From positions 67,303 through 131,302 of the forward strand of contig CADCFN010000006.1 in the NCBI GenBank assembly GCA_902800715.1: a DNA stretch of 64,000 nt. Reading direction: 5' to 3'. Shown here in pieces: positions 58,623 to 64,000 of the stretch. The position numbers and the translations under genes were made by a program. The notes under the pieces were generated by a model. The model was not told where the DNA came from. It saw only the letters and a program-made list of their open reading frames with translations, and ran no database searches. How positions within the stretch are numbered: the stretch's first letter is position 1; each line of letters begins with the position of its first letter. This stretch comes from an uncultured Bacteroidales bacterium (GTDB lineage: Bacteria; Bacteroidota; Bacteroidia; Bacteroidales; Muribaculaceae).

Positions 58623-59520
58623 AGGGGTTGCGCTTGAATTTTTCGGCGATGACCACGCCCGCCAAGATGAGCGCGCAGCCGATATAGGCAATCACAGTTG
58701 TCCGCTCGCCAAACCATATAGCGGCTGCTATCATCGAAATAATCGGGCTCAAATAGAAATAATTGCTGGCTCGCACCGCACCGATACGCTTGACAGTGAT
58801 ACCCCAGATGAAGTAAGCCGCCATCGAGCAGATGAGTCCCAGATAGAGCAGATTGCCCCACACAGCGGGTTGACTGATCTTGTTCCAGTCCAGCTGTGAG
58901 TCTTCTAATGCCAACAGTGGCAACGCCGACAACACACCATAGAAGAACAGCTTGCGCGTGATGAACAGTGTCGTGTAGGTGCGGTTCAACCGCTTCAGCG
59001 CCATCGAATAGAACGCCCACACCAGCGCGGCGAGCAACGCCAACACATCACCCAGCACACTGTCGCCCCACACCAGTCCGTCCTTCAACGCCAGCATCAC
59101 GGCACCGACAAAGGCAATGACCATGCCGAGTAACGTCAGCAGCGAGATTCGCTCGTCACGATAGAAGATGGCGCCCATAAGGGCTGTCGTCAACGGAGCG
59201 GTGCTCACCAATACGGCGACATCGCTAATCAGCGTCAATTCCAGCGCTGTGTTCTCGGCAATGAAGTAGGCAGAGCCACCCGCAACACCGCACACCACAA
59301 ACAGCAACTCGTCACGCCAGCCAGTAAGCCGCACCTTGAAACGGCAAATGACCAGCAGCGAGAGGTAAGCGATGGTGAAACGCGCCACAAAAATCTCGGT
59401 AGGCGTTAATCCCGCGTCCAACAGCACACGCGTGTTGAGGAACGAGATACCCCACACCAAAATCATGGCGAATGCCGCCACATGATACCAGAAGTCGCTA
59501 TTTCCCTTTGATTGTCCCAT
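58612..59520 (-). CDS. DMT/EamA family transporter
   Basis: About 10 TM segments; WGISF, GDVLAL, FGER. Confidence 0.9.
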   Translation of the reverse strand: MGQSKGNSDFWYHVAAFAMILVWGISFLNTRVLLDAGLTPTEIFVARFTIAYLSLLVICRFKVRLTGWRDELLFVVCGVAGGSAYFIAENTALELTLISDVAVLVSTAPLTTALMGAIFYRDERISLLTLLGMVIAFVGAVMLALKDGLVWGDSVLGDVLALLAALVWAFYSMALKRLNRTYTTLFITRKLFFYGVLSALPLLALEDSQLDWNKISQPAVWGNLLYLGLICSMAAYFIWGITVKRIGAVRASNYFYLSPIISMIAAAIWFGERTTVIAYIGCALILAGVVIAEKFKRNPSNQ

Positions 59521-59648
59521 TAGAATTGATGGTACAAAAGTACAATATAGTTTTCAGTTGTCGGTTTCCTCTAGCCAGTTTTTTTCGCCGCCACGTCCAT
59601 TTGTTGACCGATAGCAAAAAAAACACTACCTTTGCCACAGTGAAAGAG

Positions 59649-60953
59649 ATGGAACTCATCCATAGTGTCTTGACCGACGAGGAGCACGAGATTCTCGCGC
59701 AACAGCCGGTGTTGGTGGCGCTGAGCGGCGGTGCCGACTCGGTGGCGCTGCTGCGGGTGCTGCTGGCAGCAGGATGTGACTGCCGCACGGCACACTGCAA
59801 TTTTCACCTGCGTGGAGAGGAATCGATGCGCGATGAGCAGTTTGTGCGGGACCTGTGCCAACGGCTTGACGTGCCCCTGACCGTCAAGGATTTTGACGTC
59901 GCCGCTTATCAATGCGAACACGGCGGCTCGGTCGAGATGGCATGCCGCGAACTGCGCTATGCCTGGTTTGAGCAGGAACGGCAACGGCAAGGATGTACAG
60001 TCATCGCCATCGCCCATCATGCCGATGACCAGGTGGAGACCTTCTTCCTGAACCTGCTGCGCGGAACGGGCGTGAAAGGCCTGTCGGGCATGCAGCGGCT
60101 CAACGGCCACATTTGGCGCCCATTGCTCGGCGTGAGTCGCAATGACTTGTTGGAATACCTCTCATCACTCGGTCAAGACTATGTGACCGACAGCACCAAC
60201 GCCCAGAATGACTACCGCCGTAACCGGCTGCGCAACATCGTCTTGCCCCTCATCGAGCAGCAATTCCCCAACAGCAGCCGTCGCATCCTCGACACCATGG
60301 GCAACCTGACAAGAGACCACGCCCTGCTCAACGCGCTGGTCAATGACATCCTGCCCGATGAGCGCCATTTCGACATCAAGACGTTGTGCGACACACCTCA
60401 CGCCTCTACCCTGCTCTATCACCGCATCCGCCACCTGGGATTCAACCGTGAGCAATGCGTCAACACTATCGAGGCGGCACGCCAGGGACATTCAGGGCGG
60501 CAATTCAGCGCTAACGGCCATTTGCTCGTCATCAACAGGCAGACGATTGACATCGAGCCTCTCAACAAGCCTGACGATATCGAAATCCCGCTCGACTTGA
60601 CATGCGCTCTGCAAAGCCCCGTTCACATCAGCATCGAGCGAGGTGATGCGCCCTTCTCGCCACACATGTGTGATGGCAAACACACCGTTGCGTTTAACAC
60701 CAGTTTGCTTGACTGTCAGCACGTTGTGCTGCGACATTGGCGGCGTGGAGACCGCATCCGGCCCTTCGGCATGAACGGCAGCAAACTCGTCAGCGACCTG
60801 TTCAACGACCTCAAACTGAACCATGCCGACAGACAATCCGCATGGCTGTTAGAGGCTGACGGTGACATTCTGTGGGTGCTCGGTTACCGTGCCACAGCGC
60901 TCTACCCCGTCAAAAAAGAGTCACAAAATTACCTGATTTTAAGACAAATTTAA
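59649..60953 (+). CDS. tilS: tRNA(Ile)-lysidine synthase
   Basis: ALSGGADS, HCNFHLRG, AHHADDQVET, DSTN...RNRLR. Confidence 0.95.
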   Translation: MELIHSVLTDEEHEILAQQPVLVALSGGADSVALLRVLLAAGCDCRTAHCNFHLRGEESMRDEQFVRDLCQRLDVPLTVKDFDVAAYQCEHGGSVEMACRELRYAWFEQERQRQGCTVIAIAHHADDQVETFFLNLLRGTGVKGLSGMQRLNGHIWRPLLGVSRNDLLEYLSSLGQDYVTDSTNAQNDYRRNRLRNIVLPLIEQQFPNSSRRILDTMGNLTRDHALLNALVNDILPDERHFDIKTLCDTPHASTLLYHRIRHLGFNREQCVNTIEAARQGHSGRQFSANGHLLVINRQTIDIEPLNKPDDIEIPLDLTCALQSPVHISIERGDAPFSPHMCDGKHTVAFNTSLLDCQHVVLRHWRRGDRIRPFGMNGSKLVSDLFNDLKLNHADRQSAWLLEADGDILWVLGYRATALYPVKKESQNYLILRQI

Positions 60954-61052
60954 TTCATCTTGAAGAAAAATCGGGCAAAAACTTGCACAAAAGCAAAAAT
61001 GGCAGTACCTTTGCACCCCAAATGGGCAAGTTGCGTAGCGTGACTTGCTTTC

Positions 61053-61138
61053 GGAGAGATGGCAGAGTGGTCGATTGCGGCGGTCTTGAAAACCGTTGAG
61101 GCTAACTACCTCCAGGGGTTCGAATCCCTTTCTCTCCG
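61053..61138 (+). tRNA. tRNA-Ser(TGA)
   Basis: GGAGAGA...TCTCTCC acceptor, GCGGT-CTTGAAA-ACCGT, long variable arm; TACCTTTG -7 box at 61006. Confidence 0.93.
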
Positions 61139-61142
61139 CATT

Positions 61143-61206
61143 CTCAGTTGGATAGAGCAACAGCCTTCTAAGCTGTGGGTCTTGGGTTCGAATCCCAACA
61201 GGATCA
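61143..61206 (+). pseudogene. 5'-truncated tRNA-Arg(TCT)
   Basis: CTCAGTTGGATAGAGC-A-ACAGC-CTTCTAA-GCTGT...GGTTCGAATCC...CAGGATCA; the 5' acceptor strand GATCCTG is absent. Confidence 0.8.
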
Positions 61207-61473
61207 CGCTTCCAATTTAGGCGCTGGATTTCTGCGGTTTACCAAAGAAATTCAACGCCTTATTGTATTTGATACAATTCGTTTCCCTCGCTAAGAGTCA
61301 AGTAAGTTTTATCTCTCAACGGCTGCAAAAAATCCGATATGTCGGCGGTGCGTTTCACAGATTTGTATTACTTTTGCAGCGGCATAAAGCGGTAAGACGC
61401 GTTCCCCGCTGCAGTATAGCCATACACGCCCTAACCTCAGCGGAATTGGACCGCTGTTTGGGGCGTGATTTCT

Positions 61474-61626
61474 TTACAATATTCCCAATTCCATGAGTTC
61501 CTTGGTCATCTTGTCACTCGGATTGATAACCTTTGCATAGTTGGCGAAGTCCTGCGGACAGTCTGCTAGGGGCAGTTCAATCTCCATGCTATAGTCATCT
61601 GCATCGGTGAAGATGCGGTTCTTCGA
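61474..61626 (-). pseudogene. Gene relic without a plausible full-length start
   Basis: Frame SKNRIFTDADDYSMEIELPLADCPQDFANYAKVINPSDKMTKELMELGIL*. Confidence 0.35.
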
Positions 61627-61632
61627 AAATCA

Positions 61633-61796
61633 GTGCAAGCCGAATGCAAAGTAAAGCATGCTTTAACTTTGCCGAAGTGCCGCCTGATTCATACATACAA
61701 ATTCTATCGAAGACCCCTTCTTCAGCGCTGCCTGTTTTGGATAAACTTGGCGGCGCCTCAGCGAATCGAACGAGTTCGTTTGCATTCAACTTGCAC
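61633..61796. repeat. REP/MITE-like inverted-repeat element
   Basis: GTGCAAGCCGAATGCAAA...GCCGAAGTGCCGCC and GGCGGCGCCTCAGC...TTTGCATTCAACTTGCAC. Confidence 0.7.
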
Positions 61797-61888
61797 AAGC
61801 TTTCCGTTTATCGTCAGTATCATAAAGAATAGCGGTTGAATTACCGCAAAGGTAAATCAACCGATTAGACCTTGAAAAGATGCCACGA

Positions 61889-62527
61889 TCATAATGCTTT
61901 TTTCAATTTTTCATGAAAGCGCCAAGTAATCAAAAATAAAATAGCAGCGATAGTGGAGCCTAGCGTCGCTAAGGCCATATCTTTTTGTGCATCAAACACA
62001 TCGCCTTGCTGGCCATTGTATCCTTCGGCATCCTCGGGCGAGAGCACTAGTGTAAGCGCCCATTCAAACAATTCATAAATCAAGCTGCCTGCTTGCACCA
62101 TCAGCCATGCCACAAGCACTGCCATCACCTGGCGAGACGTTATGCGATTCCGTGAGACTTCCAACAGTGCAGGGAACAAGAACAAACCGAAAAGCAGATG
62201 AACTAGGCGGTCGTAGTGGTTGCGCGTCGAATGCAGCCATTCCCAATCGCCTAAACATTGCAGCCACTCCTGATAAGGCACATAGGAATAGATGTACCTG
62301 GCACCAATCAGGTGAAGTACTGTGAAAAGTGCAATCCCAAGAAAAGCAAGATTACTGAACCAACGCTTTCGCAAGTCCGTTAGCATGAGTGCGACTAACA
62401 AAATGGTTCCTGCTTGCTGTAGGAATTGCTCTTGAGGAAAAACGGGATCGATATAGGTGATGATAGCCACGACTGCTAACACCACTAACATCATTATCTT
62501 AAATTTGTTACTCTGATTCTTTATCAT
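61889..62527 (-). CDS. DUF2238 (YjdF-like) membrane protein
   Basis: HLIGARYIYSYVPY, RNHYDRLVH, YELFEW, GQQGDVFDAQKDM. Confidence 0.88.
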   Translation of the reverse strand: MIKNQSNKFKIMMLVVLAVVAIITYIDPVFPQEQFLQQAGTILLVALMLTDLRKRWFSNLAFLGIALFTVLHLIGARYIYSYVPYQEWLQCLGDWEWLHSTRNHYDRLVHLLFGLFLFPALLEVSRNRITSRQVMAVLVAWLMVQAGSLIYELFEWALTLVLSPEDAEGYNGQQGDVFDAQKDMALATLGSTIAAILFLITWRFHEKLKKAL

Positions 62528-62672
62528 TCTGCCATTAGGGAAGCGTTGTTCGGGTTAAACACTACTTTTCCTCGACGATGGTGAACCATTGTTCATGAGG
62601 CGCTGGTACTCGTCCTGACTCTTATAATTTTGGAAAAGTTGCTCAACCGATTTAGTTCTTCAAAGACGCTGC

Positions 62673-63176
62673 TTATCTCTTCTCAACGAGTTCTTGTAGC
62701 TGCTCTACGATCTTCGTTTCTTTGCGACTCAAATAGGAGCCGTTCTTGATGTAATAGATGATTGATCCTACCGTCGCGGCGAGAACAATCCAATAACCAT
62801 TCTTCCAATCAGTTAAAATTGTGAAAGCGGCCATTATAATAAGGGTAGAAAACCCGAATAGATTCTCGTATCGTTTTTTCTTTTCATAGCAGTACAATAA
62901 CTGATCAGGCGTTTCAATGGTGCCAATCATCTTTTTAAAGCGATAGTTGTACAGAAGTGACCATCCCTCCATGCAGCAAATCAGTATTATGAAAATGATG
63001 AAAGTAATCCCATCTTTGGTCTCTTGAACTGGCCAGAAGTAGTTCAAGCCCAAAAGGATGACTGCCAGTAATAGCACTATACTGTTTTGAAAGGAACTTG
63101 CTCTTGTTCTGCTCTTGTCCTTGAGCACCTCGAACAATTCATCCCTGCTAAGATTGTCTGATTCATTTGTTTCCAT
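62673..63176 (-). CDS. Hypothetical membrane protein (4 TM)
   Basis: 167 aa ORF with four hydrophobic segments. Confidence 0.6.
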   Translation of the reverse strand: METNESDNLSRDELFEVLKDKSRTRASSFQNSIVLLLAVILLGLNYFWPVQETKDGITFIIFIILICCMEGWSLLYNYRFKKMIGTIETPDQLLYCYEKKKRYENLFGFSTLIIMAAFTILTDWKNGYWIVLAATVGSIIYYIKNGSYLSRKETKIVEQLQELVEKR

Positions 63177-63270
63177 AATGTTTCATTTTAATTGTTAATT
63201 GGTTAATAACTTCACCCTTTAGACTCACGGGTGCTCTCAAAAAACACACAAAAGTGACGATTCTATTGAA

Positions 63271-64000
63271 TTATTTTACCTGAATCTCATCAATGAAGAA
63301 GTAGCCGTCATAACCGACTCCGAAGTGCCAGTCGGGGCAGGCTCCGATAGTCTTTAGGTTCACCTTGACATAGCGGGCCGATACGGCTTGTGGCATGGTG
63401 ACCGTCGCCCAGCGGTACTTGGGTGACATATCACGGTCCTCTTCAAAGTTGAAGGTACCGATGTCGGTAAAGTTCACGTTATCGCTCGAGATGGCATAGG
63501 ATACGCTCTTGGGCAGGAAAATCCATGCGCCCAGGTTGTGCAGGCAGTCGGTTCGCACGGTCGTGAACTGTTTCTCGTCACCGAGGTCAACCACCAGCTC
63601 GGCATCTTCGCCGACCCAGCCGACCCAACTCTCTCCATAGGTCGAACCGCCGAAGAGTCCGTCGGTGAGCGCCGTCCCTGAGATGGGAACGAATCGGTGC
63701 TCAGGCAGGTTCTTGTAGTTGACTTGGGCTCCCAGGGCGAGGTTGTTGCTGATGCCAGGCAAGAAACGCTCCAGGTACAGGTCACAGTAATCATCCACCG
63801 AATTCTTGCGCTCGGTCAAGGACTTGATGCCGGCCTCATTGCCGCGTTGACGGAAGAGTTCCACCTCACGGATGCGCTCCTCGCGGTCGCCCTCGGTCGA
63901 TGTGCGCTCGATTTCCAGCTTGCTGTACTGCTGCTGCAGCCGTGCCGCATGGACACGCTTGAGCAGCGTCTCGTCGCCGGCAACTGCCGCCTCGGCCTGG
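63271..64000 (-). CDS. C-terminal part of a protein ending in a discoidin/F5-8 type C domain (possibly DUF4838 family)
   Basis: LTDGLFG, WVGW, VVDLG, WIFLP, ARYVKV, FFIDEIQV; frame open to window end. Confidence 0.7.
   Translation of the reverse strand, partial: QAEAAVAGDETLLKRVHAARLQQQYSKLEIERTSTEGDREERIREVELFRQRGNEAGIKSLTERKNSVDDYCDLYLERFLPGISNNLALGAQVNYKNLPEHRFVPISGTALTDGLFGGSTYGESWVGWVGEDAELVVDLGDEKQFTTVRTDCLHNLGAWIFLPKSVSYAISSDNVNFTDIGTFNFEEDRDMSPKYRWATVTMPQAVSARYVKVNLKTIGACPDWHFGVGYDGYFFIDEIQVK

Noticed and set aside
61322-61380. Invertible promoter (GCTGCAAAA / TTTTGCAGC)
   Set aside because: Only a 9-bp repeat that overlaps the -7 box itself; no recombinase nearby.

Overview
64 kb of a Bacteroidales chromosome, probably Muribaculaceae or a related gut/rumen lineage. 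This is inferred from TAnnTTTG promoters, T9SS-type C-termini, Omp28/DUF6029 and dockerin-tailed secreted proteins. The backbone is housekeeping: lptB, an lplA-gcvT-gcvH-gcvPA-gcvPB-lpdA glycine cleavage operon, uvrB, ygiQ, lptF/G, tgt, rpe, deoD, tkt, tilS and four intact tRNAs. Four accessory or poorly understood blocks stand out. (1) A TlpA-DUF6029-Omp28 surface thiol-redox operon at 15.8-21.4 kb. (2) The best candidate for an undescribed system, at 26.8-33.3 kb: an orphan PflA-like radical SAM enzyme coupled to two exported proteins that share a Cys5/His N-terminal leader domain, beside a serpin-TonB fusion, a third TonB-C protein and a divergent TPR-HTH sensor. (3) An integrase-less ~7 kb island at tRNA-Ser(CGA), bounded by an att-like direct repeat. 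It carries a serpin, a YafQ-type toxin-antitoxin pair, pseudogenes, a 392-bp duplication and a thrice-repeated upstream motif. (4) A 5'-truncated tRNA-Arg followed by gene relics and a putative small RNA at 61.1-61.8 kb. All assignments come from motif recognition by eye; no searches were run.
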